This document shows, piece by piece, positions 9,209 through 18,848 of a stretch of DNA of 34,986 bases (position 1 is its first letter; every line of letters begins with the position of its first letter). Where the stretch lies: positions 1 through 34,986 of IMG/VR virus record IMGVR_UViG_3300037044_000046. One strand, 5' to 3'. A program made the position numbers and the translations under genes. Source of the stretch: a virus (Duplodnaviria > Caudoviricetes). The notes under the pieces are model-generated. The model made no database searches and was not told the origin of the DNA. It saw only the letters and a list, made by a program, of their open reading frames with translations.

Positions 9209-9847
9209 ATGATGCAGGATATTCTGGTGTTTACGCCGGTTTACCGGCTGGAAGCCGAGACAATAACCGCTGTTTTGGCCCTGGATTACAGCGGCCCAAT
9301 CAGCTGGTTATTTCAGGAGGATAACCCTGCCGACGGGGACACGCCGGAGGGCGGGCGGCGGAATATTCTGCATCAATATCAACGCGGGAGAGAGATTTTT
9401 TTACGGGGGGATTATGACGCCATGCTGGTGGTAGAGAGCGATATAATCCCCCCGCCCAATGCCCTGACCCGGCTGCTGGCACTGGAATGTGATGTGGCCT
9501 ATGGGGTGTATGTGTTCAGGCAAACGGAAAACACGATTAATGTTTTTGAACGGTATCCGCAGCCGGCCCGGAATACGGGTGAAAGTTTTAGCGTGTGGCC
9601 GCACAAGCTGGCCCAGGCCAGGGCGGCGGGAAAAGTGCCGTGCAGCGGTGGGGGGTTGGGCTGCATACTGATACAGCGGCGGGTACTGGAAACAATCCCG
9701 TTCAGGGGCGGCATTGACGGGCCGCATTGCGACACTCATTTTACCAATGACGTGTACGCGGCGGGTTTCTCGATGTGGGCCGATATGACGGTGGTGTGCG
9801 GGCATAAGCGAGAGGATGGGGTGATTGTATGGCCAAACGGTATGTAG
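9209..9847 (+). CDS. Glycosyltransferase, GT-A fold (family 2-like)
   Basis: ILVFTPVY, MLVVESDII (DxD-like), GLGCILIQRRVLE, CDTHF, WAD..V.CGH. Confidence 0.85.
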   Translation: MMQDILVFTPVYRLEAETITAVLALDYSGPISWLFQEDNPADGDTPEGGRRNILHQYQRGREIFLRGDYDAMLVVESDIIPPPNALTRLLALECDVAYGVYVFRQTENTINVFERYPQPARNTGESFSVWPHKLAQARAAGKVPCSGGGLGCILIQRRVLETIPFRGGIDGPHCDTHFTNDVYAAGFSMWADMTVVCGHKREDGVIVWPNGM

Positions 9848-10035
9848 TGCGGCGCAGTTTTGTGGGCAGATTGGCCGGGGTGGTGTACCGCTGCGCGGAA
9901 GGGGAAACGGTGACGCTGCCGGAGGGCAGCGGTTGGGTGGCGTGCGGTTTTTTGCGGCCGCTGGATGAGGAAACCGCCGAGAGCGCCCAGGCGCAGCAGC
10001 GGGAAACACGGGCGAGCAAACGGAGCCGGAAATGA
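9829..10035 (+). CDS. Small hypothetical head-module protein
   Basis: 68 aa with basic C-terminus; overlaps both neighbours. Confidence 0.6.
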   Translation: MAKRYVVRRSFVGRLAGVVYRCAEGETVTLPEGSGWVACGFLRPLDEETAESAQAQQRETRASKRSRK

Positions 10036-10619
10036 TTTTGAAACTGGTGACCGCGCCGGTGGTTGAGCCGGTGGAATTGGCAATGGCGAAATTGCACTGC
10101 CGGGTTGACATCAGCACGGATAATGATGTGTTTCTGGGGCTGATCATCTCGGCGCGGCAGATGGTGGAACAGCGGGCCGGGCGGGCGCTGATCACCCAAA
10201 CGTGGCGGCTGAGCCTGAACGGCTGGCCAGCAAATGGGATGATTGAACTGCCGCACGCGCCGCTGCAAAGTGTGACCTCGATTCAGTACACGGACGGGGC
10301 CGGGGCCACCAGTACGGTGAGCGCGGCCACCTATACGGTGGATACGGACAGCGAGCCGGGGCGGGTGGCGCTGAAATATAACCAGACCTGGCCCACGGTG
10401 GCTACCCTGGCCACGGTGAACCCGATTCAGGTGACGTATGTGGCCGGGTATGGGGCCACGGCGGCGAGTGTGCCGGAAATGTACCGGCAGGCGATTCTAT
10501 TGCTGGTGGGGCATTGGTATGAGAATCGAGAGGCGGTAATTGGGGGGACATCCGGCTACAGCCTGCGGGATGTACCGCTGGCCTTTAATTCGCTAGTGGG
10601 AATCGACCGGATGTTCTAA
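10032..10619 (+). CDS. Head-tail connector (HK97 gp6-like)
   Basis: EPV.L..AK.HCRVD, RALITQTW, QAILLLVGHWYENREAV. Confidence 0.95.
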   Translation: MILKLVTAPVVEPVELAMAKLHCRVDISTDNDVFLGLIISARQMVEQRAGRALITQTWRLSLNGWPANGMIELPHAPLQSVTSIQYTDGAGATSTVSAATYTVDTDSEPGRVALKYNQTWPTVATLATVNPIQVTYVAGYGATAASVPEMYRQAILLLVGHWYENREAVIGGTSGYSLRDVPLAFNSLVGIDRMF

Positions 10620-10708
10620 ACCGCTATAATGGGGTACTGCCGGGCCAAATGGCGGTTTACAGGCGATTGTGGAGCGTTGATTTATGTCAAATACGTTGAG
10701 GGCGGCCA

Positions 10709-11035
10709 ATGAGGGCGGGTGAACTGCGGCACCGGATAATTATTGAGCAAAACACGCCCACGCGGGACGCCTTTGGGGCGGAGGTGCCCGGCTGGGCGGC
10801 GCTGGATACGGTGTGGGCGGCGATAAACCCGCGCTGGGCGATGGAGCGCTTTTTGAGCGGGGCCGGGCAAACGGTGGCGCAGCGCAGCACGGTATTTGTG
10901 ATCCGATACCGGGGCGGGCTGGACACCAAAATGCGGGTGACGTGGGACGGGAAAACCTACAACCTGCGGCAAATTCTGGAAACAAACAGCCGGCGGCGGG
11001 AACTGGCGCTGCTGGGTGAGGAGATAAATCCGTAA
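10709..11035 (+). CDS. Head closure / head-tail adaptor (SPP1 gp16-like)
   Basis: MRAGELRHRI.I, TVWA, IRYR, MRV.W.GKTYN. Confidence 0.93.
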   Translation: MRAGELRHRIIIEQNTPTRDAFGAEVPGWAALDTVWAAINPRWAMERFLSGAGQTVAQRSTVFVIRYRGGLDTKMRVTWDGKTYNLRQILETNSRRRELALLGEEINP

Positions 11036-11439
11036 TGGGCAGATTGATGACCATAACCGTGGAGGGGGCAGATGACATCATCAGTGCCCTGAAACGATTG
11101 GGAGTGGCAGCGGAGACCACGGCGGCGGCGGCGGCTATGGAGGGGGCCGGGCTGATGCAAACGGAAATTGAACGGCGCGCCCCGGATGATTCCGGCCTGT
11201 TGAAAACGCGGGGGTTTACCACGAAACGGGGCAATATGAAAAATGGGGCGGTAAACGCGGTGGTGACGCTGGCCCGGCGGTACTATGAATACGCGTTTTA
11301 CAACGAATTTGGCACCGGCCCGCGTAATCCGGGGGGAGTGCTGCCGGCCCGGCCGTTTATCCGTAAAGCGTTTTTGGCGAAACGACAACAGGCGGCGGCG
11401 CTGTTTGAGAAATCTTTGCGGCGGAGGCTGGGGCTGTAA
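11035..11439 (+). CDS. HK97 gp10-like neck protein
   Basis: APDDSGLLK, YAFYNEFGT, PARPFIRKA. Confidence 0.9.
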   Translation: MGRLMTITVEGADDIISALKRLGVAAETTAAAAAMEGAGLMQTEIERRAPDDSGLLKTRGFTTKRGNMKNGAVNAVVTLARRYYEYAFYNEFGTGPRNPGGVLPARPFIRKAFLAKRQQAAALFEKSLRRRLGL

Positions 11440-11849
11440 TGGCAACACTGGAAGCGGCGCTATTTTACCACCTGACCAACACCGCGGGCACCACGCCGGG
11501 GCTGATTGGGACGCGGTTGTACCCGCTGGTGCTGCCGCAGGACCCCACCTACCCGGCGCTGACGTACCAGGTGATTGAAGATATTCCGCCAATGGCCCAT
11601 GACGGGCCGGGGGATTTGTTTGGGGCGCTGGTACAATTTGATTGTTACGGGGCCAGCTACAGCGCGGCCAAAACGCTGGCCAGGGGACTGCGGGCGGATT
11701 TGAACGGCAAAAGCGGGGCCATTGGGGCGGCGGGGGCGCGGGTGCGCCTGGCCGGGGCATTTTTGCAGGGGATGATGGACCACCACGAACCGACCACCGC
11801 GGTGTGGCGGGTGATGGTGGAATTTTTAATCAATTACAAGGAGATTTGA
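11439..11849 (+). CDS. Tail terminator (DUF3168-like)
   Basis: RLYPLVLPQ..TYPALTY, VQFDCYG.SY.AA. Confidence 0.88.
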   Translation: MATLEAALFYHLTNTAGTTPGLIGTRLYPLVLPQDPTYPALTYQVIEDIPPMAHDGPGDLFGALVQFDCYGASYSAAKTLARGLRADLNGKSGAIGAAGARVRLAGAFLQGMMDHHEPTTAVWRVMVEFLINYKEI

Positions 11850-11850
11850 G

Positions 11851-12291
11851 ATGGGGTTCACAGGCGGATTTGGAGTGACTTTTAATATTGGCAGTGCGGC
11901 CATGAGCGGCACGCCCACGTACACGGCTATTGCCCAGGTGAAAACGTGGAACGGGTATGAGATCAGCACGGTGATGAGCGAGGTAACGCACCACGCCAGC
12001 ACCGGGGGATTTAAAGAGTTTGTGCCCAGCGGATTATCCGAAATGGGGACAATCGAACTGGGATTGGCTTTTGATATTTCCCTGGCCACGCACGCCAATG
12101 CCAGTGGCGGCCTGATTTACGCCCGGACGAACAAAACCAAACTGGCGTACCAGATTGTGCTGCCCAACACCGGGACCACAAAATTTACGTTTGACGCCTA
12201 CGTGGAAAAAATCAACTGGGAATCGCCGCAGGAGGAACACCTGATGGCAACGGTGACGCTGCGGCCAACCGGCCAGCCAACCATTACCTGA
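11851..12291 (+). CDS. Major tail tube protein
   Basis: EVTHHAS.GGFKEFVPSGL...G, F.AYV, ATVTLRPTGQP. Confidence 0.9.
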   Translation: MGFTGGFGVTFNIGSAAMSGTPTYTAIAQVKTWNGYEISTVMSEVTHHASTGGFKEFVPSGLSEMGTIELGLAFDISLATHANASGGLIYARTNKTKLAYQIVLPNTGTTKFTFDAYVEKINWESPQEEHLMATVTLRPTGQPTIT

Positions 12292-12312
12292 TAATAAAAA
12301 AAGGAGGAAACT

Positions 12313-12669
12313 ATGGCCAGAACAGCTATTTCAGTTGTTCCGATTACGGTGGGCGGGTACAACCTGACTGATAGTGCAAACTTCTCTACCCTGTCAACCG
12401 GGGCGGACAATGGGGTGACGTTTACGTTTGATCCCGCCGACGTGTTGATCCTGAAAAATGACACGGGCGGGGCGGCGGTATTTACCATAAAGGTGCCGAC
12501 GCCGGGGGATTACAGCGGCATTACCACGGTGGCCGATGAGACGGTGAGCGTGGCTACCGCCAAAACCTGGGTGTACCAGTTGACCAAAGTATTTAAACAG
12601 GATGACGGCAAAATTTATGTGGACTGTGATGTGGCCGGCAAAGTGCTGGTCCTCAGTCCGGCGGGGTGA
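12313..12669 (+). CDS. Putative tail decoration/structural protein
   Basis: Strong RBS AAGGAGG, beta-rich 118 aa directly after the tube gene. Confidence 0.6.
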   Translation: MARTAISVVPITVGGYNLTDSANFSTLSTGADNGVTFTFDPADVLILKNDTGGAAVFTIKVPTPGDYSGITTVADETVSVATAKTWVYQLTKVFKQDDGKIYVDCDVAGKVLVLSPAG

Positions 12670-12674
12670 GGCAT

Positions 12675-13073
12675 ATGTTATTGACACGTGATCAAATTTT
12701 GGCAGCGCCGGAGGCAGCCAGTGTGTTTGAGGATGTGCCGGTGCCGGAATGGGGCGGCGTGGCGCGGGTGAAAGCGTTGAGCGGGGCGGAGCGGGACCGG
12801 TATGAGGCCAGCCTGGCCACCCAACGCGGCAAAAAAATGCAGATGGATATGACCAACGCCCGCGCCCGGCTGGTGGCTATAGCCGTAATTGATGAAGCCG
12901 GCCAGCCGCTATTTTCACCCAGAGATGCGGAAGCCCTGGGGGAAAAATCGGCGGCGGCGCTGGACCGGGTATTTGATGCGGCGATGCGACTGGCCGGGAT
13001 GAAAGCCACCGACCTGGAGGAACTGACCGGAAATTTTACGCCCGGCCCGAACGGCGATTCTACTACAGATTAG
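12675..13073 (+). CDS. Tail assembly chaperone (gpG-like)
   Basis: LTRDQIL, VPVPEWGG..RVKALSGAERDRYE, LGEKSAAALDRVF. Confidence 0.9.
   Translation: MLLTRDQILAAPEAASVFEDVPVPEWGGVARVKALSGAERDRYEASLATQRGKKMQMDMTNARARLVAIAVIDEAGQPLFSPRDAEALGEKSAAALDRVFDAAMRLAGMKATDLEELTGNFTPGPNGDSTTD
13031..13037 (+). promoter_or_regulatory. -1 programmed frameshift slippery site A AAT TTT
   Basis: X XXY YYZ in the gpG frame; the -1 frame is open through ERRFYYRLALALG...SSRELSEW to 13396. Confidence 0.85.
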
Positions 13074-13396
13074 CCCTGGCTCTGGGCTGGCCCAGCGTGG
13101 AATGGGGCCTGCGGCACATATCGAGCCGGGAACTGAGTGAATGGATGCGATTTGCCGAGCGGGAACCGCTGCCGGACCAACGGGGGGACATCCAGACGGC
13201 CATGCTGGCCTCGATTCTGGTGAATGTTTTCCGGGGCAAAAACAGCCGGGTACGGCCTCCGGTGGAATTTGTGCCGGATTATTGGGCCGACAGGAAAGAG
13301 GCGCAGGCGGTGGATGAGCTGAGCGAGGCGGAGCAGGTGGCATTTTTGGAAATGCTTAACGCTGCCCTGGGCGGGCAGGATTTGAGGAAAAAATAA
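13031..13396 (+). CDS. Tail assembly chaperone gpT part (frameshift product gpGT)
   Basis: RRFYYRLALALG, SSRELSEW...EP, RGDIQTAMLAS; lies just before the tape measure. Confidence 0.85.
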   Translation, partial: KFYARPERRFYYRLALALGWPSVEWGLRHISSRELSEWMRFAEREPLPDQRGDIQTAMLASILVNVFRGKNSRVRPPVEFVPDYWADRKEAQAVDELSEAEQVAFLEMLNAALGGQDLRKK

Positions 13397-14877
13397 TGGC
13401 GTCAATCGGCAATTTGATGATCAACATAGGAGCCAGGATTGACGGGCTGCAAAGCGGGCTGGGCAAGGCCGAGCGGTTGATTGGCGGCGTGGGCGATAAA
13501 ATGAGCGGCCTGGGCAAAATAGCCAGCACGGCCGGGGTGGCCCTGGTGGCGTTGGGTGCGGCCGCTGCGGCCGGGGTGGGGGCCGGGCTTGGTTTTGCCG
13601 CCAGCGCCGGGTGGGGATTTAACAACTCTATGGAACAGGTGACGGCGCAGCTAAACGCCTTTACCAAGGACGGCGCGGAATCGGCGCGTATTCTGGAGAT
13701 GATCCGGCAGCGGGCGGCGCTAACGCCGTTTGCGTTTGAGGAGATGGCCAAGGCCACGGCCAGCCTGATGCCGGCGGCCAAACAGAGCGGCACCGAGTTG
13801 GAAGAGCTGGTGAAATTATCTGAAATTCTGGCGGCCAGCAATCCGGCCCAGGGGCTGGAAGGGGCGGCGTTTTCATTGCGTGAAGCCCTGTCTGGTGATT
13901 TTGTGTCGATTGTGGAGCGGTTTAACCTGCCCCGGCAACGGCTGAATGAGCTAAAAGAACAGGGGGTACCGGCCTTGCAGGCCATCAGCCAGGCTATGCA
14001 AGAGATGGGCCTGGATGCTGATCTGGTGAGCAACCTGGGCCAAACGGCGGCGGGCCGGTGGAGAACATTTAAGGATACGCTGGTGGGGCTGGCGGCGGCG
14101 GCCACGCAGCCCATTTTTGCGGCGTTTTCCGGGGAATTGGGCAATATTAACGGGCTGCTGGCGCAAAATGCGCCGTGGCTGGAGGATATGGCCCGGCGGT
14201 TTGGGGAGATGATTGGCGAGTATTTACCGCGGGCCATTACGCTGTTTTACGATTTTGGAACGCAATTGAGCGAGACGGTGGGGCCGGCGGCGGAGCTGAT
14301 CAGCGATGCCTGGGAGCGGATAGGGGCGGCGATGGGACTGACCAATGAGCAGATGGACCCGGGCAACATATTGCTGGCGGCGCTGGGGGCCACGCTGGAT
14401 GCCGTAATAATTGGGGTGGAGTTATTTGCCATTTTGATGCAGAGCGTGGCCTGGAATGTGGAGCAGGTAAACAAAGCTGTAAAAATTGCCATTAGCCTGT
14501 ATGAGCAATGGAGTGAAATTACTGCCGCAATGACGGCCGATAACACTCCCTACACCGGCGCCGGGATGCCAGGGGTGCCGGGCGGCGCGCCGGCAGCGGG
14601 GGCGAGTATTCCGGGGATGCCGGGGCTGGTGAACCTGGGCCGGCACGCCGACGGGGGCAGTTTTACGGTGCCGGGGCTGAGCGGCGGTGATCAGCCGTTT
14701 TTGATTGGCCTGACGCCGGGCGAGCAGGTGGACGTGACGCCGGCGGGCGGCGGCGGGCAGACGAGCGTATCGATCCCGATTCAACTGGATGGGCAAACGA
14801 TTGCCAATTATGTACTGAGGCTGGCCGGCGGGCGGGTGGTTGAGATGAGCCGGTTTGGCGGAACGGCGGCGATGTAA
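13396..14877 (+). CDS. Tape measure protein (short, 493 aa)
   Basis: IGNL.INIGA, AALTPF, Ala/Gly-rich helical, C-terminal ADGGSF.VPG..GGD...LTPGE.V.VTP. Confidence 0.92.
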   Translation: MASIGNLMINIGARIDGLQSGLGKAERLIGGVGDKMSGLGKIASTAGVALVALGAAAAAGVGAGLGFAASAGWGFNNSMEQVTAQLNAFTKDGAESARILEMIRQRAALTPFAFEEMAKATASLMPAAKQSGTELEELVKLSEILAASNPAQGLEGAAFSLREALSGDFVSIVERFNLPRQRLNELKEQGVPALQAISQAMQEMGLDADLVSNLGQTAAGRWRTFKDTLVGLAAAATQPIFAAFSGELGNINGLLAQNAPWLEDMARRFGEMIGEYLPRAITLFYDFGTQLSETVGPAAELISDAWERIGAAMGLTNEQMDPGNILLAALGATLDAVIIGVELFAILMQSVAWNVEQVNKAVKIAISLYEQWSEITAAMTADNTPYTGAGMPGVPGGAPAAGASIPGMPGLVNLGRHADGGSFTVPGLSGGDQPFLIGLTPGEQVDVTPAGGGGQTSVSIPIQLDGQTIANYVLRLAGGRVVEMSRFGGTAAM

Positions 14878-16811
14878 TGGGGCACAGCGTAAAATTGCAT
14901 TATGGCACAAATCCCACCCAGCCGCAGCGGTCGCTGGATTTGGCGGGCGGGGCCAATAACGTGTACCTGAGTATGCAATCGGCTACCGTGGCGGGGGGAG
15001 AGGAACAGGTATTTTACACGGAATTGAACCCGCGCACAGACGGCCAGATGCGGCTGGGCAGCAGCCGGAAAAACAGCGAGGTATCTATTGGGCTGGATTT
15101 ACGGGGGAGCACGCCGGGGCAAATTGAGGCGATTCGGCAGGCCATTACCCGTTTTTTTGAGGAAGCGCGGGAGTACCACGAAAACAAGGTGGGCGCGCCG
15201 GTGTGGCTGGAATACCGGTGGAGTAATAACCTGGGAAGTTTGGCGCAGCCGTCGGTGGGGCAACTGAGTAAATTTTACCGGATATTGGGCGGCGGGATTC
15301 CGGTGTGGCCGCAGACGATTCACGATATGGCGGTTTTGCAGGGGTACACCCTGGGGGTGGTGTGTAAATTTACGGCGGAGCCGTTCATTGAGGGGCAGCC
15401 GAATAAATTATGGGATGCCGGCGCTCTGCCGGGAAGCAAAATGAAACTTACGCGGACTATGGAAGGTGAGTTTTCCGGCCAATGGACGATAGCCGGCTGG
15501 ATAAAACACAAAGAAACTTATCTTTATTCGGTGTTTGAATATTTTGTGGACTATAATAATTATCTGGTTCTTTGGTGCGAAGGCGGCGACAATTTTAAAA
15601 TTGAGCGGAGAGTGAGCGGAACTGTAACCTACTATGATCTCGGCCCGTACAGTTTGAGTTCCGGCGAATGGGTGCGGGTGGCTGTTTACAGGGATGCCAG
15701 TAATTTGATTTTGCGATTAAACAAAACTCAGCATGCCAGCATTCCGGCAATTACATTCAGCGGGCAACACAAACTCCAGCTTGGATGGACAATATCCACA
15801 ACGATTTCTAATTATAATAATGATTTGGACGGTTGGCGGGTGTGGGCCAGCGCCCTGACCAGCACCGAACTGGATGCGCTGTATGATGATGAGCAGCCGG
15901 TGCTGGCAGCGGGGCTGTATGTTGGCCGCCCGCCGTGGCACAAAACCCGCGAGGGCGACGGCACCTATGACAGCGTGGATGGGGTGATCAGCACGGCGGC
16001 GCGGGACCATTGGGGGGTGTGCGGCTGGATTCCGGGGGATACGGCGGCGTTGACGGAATGGCAGATTGTGCCGCCGACAGGCAGCGCCCAGCGGGTTTAC
16101 TGGCTGGGGCGGTGCGCCACCGATGCCGGATTTACGCCTAACGGCACATTATGGCTGGATTTTAGCGGCACGGCGGCCAGCGGAACGGCCTCCGGGGATG
16201 CGTATGAAAGCAGCGGGGCCGGCACCAGCATCTATGTGTTTGATGCGCCGCTGGGGCAGGTGATTGCCGGCACGTACGAATTTATTGGCAGTATCCGGGT
16301 AACTACCAACCCGGTGAGCGTGCAGCCCTATTACAAATTGGGCAGCGGTAACCTGGTATTGGGCGATGCGGTGACGATTGCCACCAGCGGCACGTTTGTG
16401 CTGCGGGATTTTGGGGAACTGGAGCTGCCGGCCAATGCACCCGGAACCACGTATGAGGCGGGGCTGGTAGTGACCAGGGCCAGCACGGCCACGGTGGATG
16501 TGGATTTTGTGCAGGCGCTGCCCCGGCCGGGGTGCCGGGTGGAAGCTGAGCAGGTATCTATCAGCACGGATGCGGGGGACATTTTGCAGATTGCCACCCG
16601 TGAGGCGCAATTTCTGGACGCGTCGGTATCCTACGGCCGATTGCAGGGGGCACGCCACCGGGGGGACCCGGTAACACTGCTGCCAAATAAATACAACACT
16701 ATTTTTCTGCTGCCGGGCGGCGAGGGCGTGACCTATCCGGTGAGCCACGAGAGCACGGTGCAGATATTTATTACGCCGCGCTGGGTGCTGCCCGGCGGAG
16801 CGGTGGCATAG
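14877..16811 (+). CDS. Distal tail (Dit-like) protein with inserted LamG/ConA-like domain
   Basis: Position after TMP; WTIAGWIK, GEWVRVAV, LDGWRVWASALTSTELDALY; ends LLPNKYN...ITPRW. Confidence 0.7.
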   Translation: MGHSVKLHYGTNPTQPQRSLDLAGGANNVYLSMQSATVAGGEEQVFYTELNPRTDGQMRLGSSRKNSEVSIGLDLRGSTPGQIEAIRQAITRFFEEAREYHENKVGAPVWLEYRWSNNLGSLAQPSVGQLSKFYRILGGGIPVWPQTIHDMAVLQGYTLGVVCKFTAEPFIEGQPNKLWDAGALPGSKMKLTRTMEGEFSGQWTIAGWIKHKETYLYSVFEYFVDYNNYLVLWCEGGDNFKIERRVSGTVTYYDLGPYSLSSGEWVRVAVYRDASNLILRLNKTQHASIPAITFSGQHKLQLGWTISTTISNYNNDLDGWRVWASALTSTELDALYDDEQPVLAAGLYVGRPPWHKTREGDGTYDSVDGVISTAARDHWGVCGWIPGDTAALTEWQIVPPTGSAQRVYWLGRCATDAGFTPNGTLWLDFSGTAASGTASGDAYESSGAGTSIYVFDAPLGQVIAGTYEFIGSIRVTTNPVSVQPYYKLGSGNLVLGDAVTIATSGTFVLRDFGELELPANAPGTTYEAGLVVTRASTATVDVDFVQALPRPGCRVEAEQVSISTDAGDILQIATREAQFLDASVSYGRLQGARHRGDPVTLLPNKYNTIFLLPGGEGVTYPVSHESTVQIFITPRWVLPGGAVA

Positions 16812-16820
16812 GGGGGGATT

Positions 16821-18434
16821 ATGGCAATTATCCCGTTGATGTTGCCGTGGATTGACCGGAACACGCACGCGGGCGAGCGGGTGTATGTGCGGGATCGCAG
16901 CGGGAATGTGATTGATGATGTGAGCCTGCACAATGCCGCGGGGCTGCGGTTTGGATCGTTCTGGCCCAAGGGATACGGGCCGGCTTCTTTTTCTGTACAC
17001 CGGGATGTGGCCCGGCGCTGGGCGGTAAAAAATGCGTATGATGTGGTGGTGCGGGACGGTCCCAGTTTTATTTGTTATCAGGGCCGGATCAACGACCCGG
17101 CGCTCATATTGAACGGCACCAGTCAGACGATCACGGTGCCGATGAGCGGGTATTATGTGGTGCTGACGGAACGGCTGCTGCGCAAACGATGGGTTGATAA
17201 TGCGGCGATTGACCGCCTGATTGTGCCGAGCAGCCTGGTGGACGCCGTGGGCCAAAATCAGTTTGTGGTGACGCGGGAGGATGATTATTTTCTGGTGCAA
17301 TGCGGGTATGGGGATGTGAGCCGGGTAAGTGGAGAGGGGCATTATCGGCGGTACACAATGCCGACAGGCATAAAAATAAGGCGGGTAGAAACGGCGTATG
17401 CCATCCGCAGCGGCGAGGGGGTGCGAATTGATATTTTGAATGTGGATAATGGCAGCGCTGTAGAAACATTTGTGGCTACAACTACCGGATCAGTGGTAAG
17501 CGGGAATATCAGCCATAATTTGACCGCGGGGGATACGGAGAGGCTGGATTTTAGATTTTATTGCACCGACACTGACCTGTATGATGATAATGACTGGATG
17601 CGGCTGCGGGCGCTGTTGATTTACGGGAAAATGGATAATTTTCCCAGCCCCACTTATACCGGGGACGAGATCATTAAGGACGTGCTCTATTTGAAAGCCG
17701 GTGATTTGAGCAATAATTACGACCAGATTGCCTCGCCGGCGGTGGCGCTGGTGCCGTTTACCACCCGCGATGACGGATTTGAGACGCTTGATAGCATTAT
17801 TCAGCGGATTGGGGCATTTGGCGATAGCAGCCAGCAGTATTATGGCGGCAGCGTGTGGGGCGAATTTGGCACCACGGACGGGAAACCGCGGTTTGTCTTT
17901 GAGCCGCAGCCGGGAACGGCTGATAATGAATGGCAGGTGTCGCTGGCAGAGTTGGCGGCATTTAATTTGAGCGAATCGGATGAGGAACTGTACAACTGGA
18001 TTCCGGTGAAATTCACGGATGCCGATGGACGGGAAACGTACCTGACGCCTGATGATGACGCCAGCCTGAAGGACACGACCAGTATAGCGCTATATGGAGA
18101 GAGAGCGCCCCGGCAATCATTAAATGCGGGGCAATGCGATGCGGGGTCGGCGTTGGATTATGGGAAACGGTTTTTGGCGGGGCATAAATTGCCGTTATGG
18201 AAGGGTGATTTTTCTATCCGGGGTGGGGTACGTGATAAAGTCGGGGTGCGTCGCCGGGGGAGCCGGGTGCAGGGTGGGCATCGGGTGACGATTACGGATT
18301 ATCGGGGCGGCACCACATTTATGCTGCGACATACCACGTATGAGGCAGACACCATGATGCTGAGGATGGAGCCGTCGCTTCCGGCGGATAGTTTATCGGT
18401 GTGGCAGGTGCAGCGGGATGGGTTGAGGTTGTGA
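16821..18434 (+). CDS. Tail tip / baseplate hub (Tal-like) protein
   Basis: Position after Dit; YQGRI, YNWI.VK, D.TSIALYGER. Confidence 0.7.
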   Translation: MAIIPLMLPWIDRNTHAGERVYVRDRSGNVIDDVSLHNAAGLRFGSFWPKGYGPASFSVHRDVARRWAVKNAYDVVVRDGPSFICYQGRINDPALILNGTSQTITVPMSGYYVVLTERLLRKRWVDNAAIDRLIVPSSLVDAVGQNQFVVTREDDYFLVQCGYGDVSRVSGEGHYRRYTMPTGIKIRRVETAYAIRSGEGVRIDILNVDNGSAVETFVATTTGSVVSGNISHNLTAGDTERLDFRFYCTDTDLYDDNDWMRLRALLIYGKMDNFPSPTYTGDEIIKDVLYLKAGDLSNNYDQIASPAVALVPFTTRDDGFETLDSIIQRIGAFGDSSQQYYGGSVWGEFGTTDGKPRFVFEPQPGTADNEWQVSLAELAAFNLSESDEELYNWIPVKFTDADGRETYLTPDDDASLKDTTSIALYGERAPRQSLNAGQCDAGSALDYGKRFLAGHKLPLWKGDFSIRGGVRDKVGVRRRGSRVQGGHRVTITDYRGGTTFMLRHTTYEADTMMLRMEPSLPADSLSVWQVQRDGLRL

Positions 18435-18609
18435 ATTCCAAACCAACATTGCGGTTGAGCGTGGCCGCCCGGTTAACCACCGGCAGCACATCCTTGAGAC
18501 CCTGGCTCAGCGCGGCCCGGTCTACCACCGCTTGCAGTCCCTCGCCCGCCGGCAGCGTTGGCGGTTTTGGCTCTACATTATTTTGTTGGGTTTTGGCTAA
18601 ACGGTTCAT
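18319..18609 (-). pseudogene. Possible truncated gene; N-terminus resembles a sliding clamp (DnaN) start
   Basis: RBS GGGAGG then ATG at 18609; VVDRAALSQGLKDVLPVVNRAATL, then reads into antisense of the tail gene. Confidence 0.3.
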
Positions 18610-18725
18610 TGTGAAAAAACCTCCCGCAAAAGAGTATTGAGTAGAATGCCCGAATCCTCCCACAGACAAAGCCTTATGTCAATCGTTTTTCAGGCCAGTT
18701 TTGCGACGAATTTTTGGGAGGAATC

Positions 18726-18751
18726 AAAAAGCCCCGCCGGAGGGGCGGGGG
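18726..18751 (-). terminator. Rho-independent terminator of the leftward arm
   Basis: Stem CCCCGCC/GGCGGGG followed by CTTTTT on the - strand. Confidence 0.8.
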
Positions 18752-18768
18752 TGAATTCCAGTTTAATT

Positions 18769-18785
18769 TGGTGCATCTGGCAGGG
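18769..18785 (-). other. tRNA 3'-end fragment (Arg-like), candidate attP core
   Basis: - strand CCCTGCCAGATGCACCA, followed by a terminator; no tRNA 5' half. Confidence 0.45.
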
Positions 18786-18848
18786 TGTTTTGCTAGTATC
18801 GGATTAGCCGCTAGAACGACTGGTTTAGCACGTGTTCTTTGCCGTGGA

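Noticed and set aside
10620-10712. Internal promoter or 27-aa ORF
   Set aside because: TATAAT lacks a convincing -35, and the ORF is too short to support
14877-18434. Diversity-generating retroelement target
   Set aside because: No reverse transcriptase and no adenine-mismatched TR/VR pair seen
18769-18845. Intact tRNA gene
   Set aside because: No complementary 5' acceptor strand and no TTCRA loop
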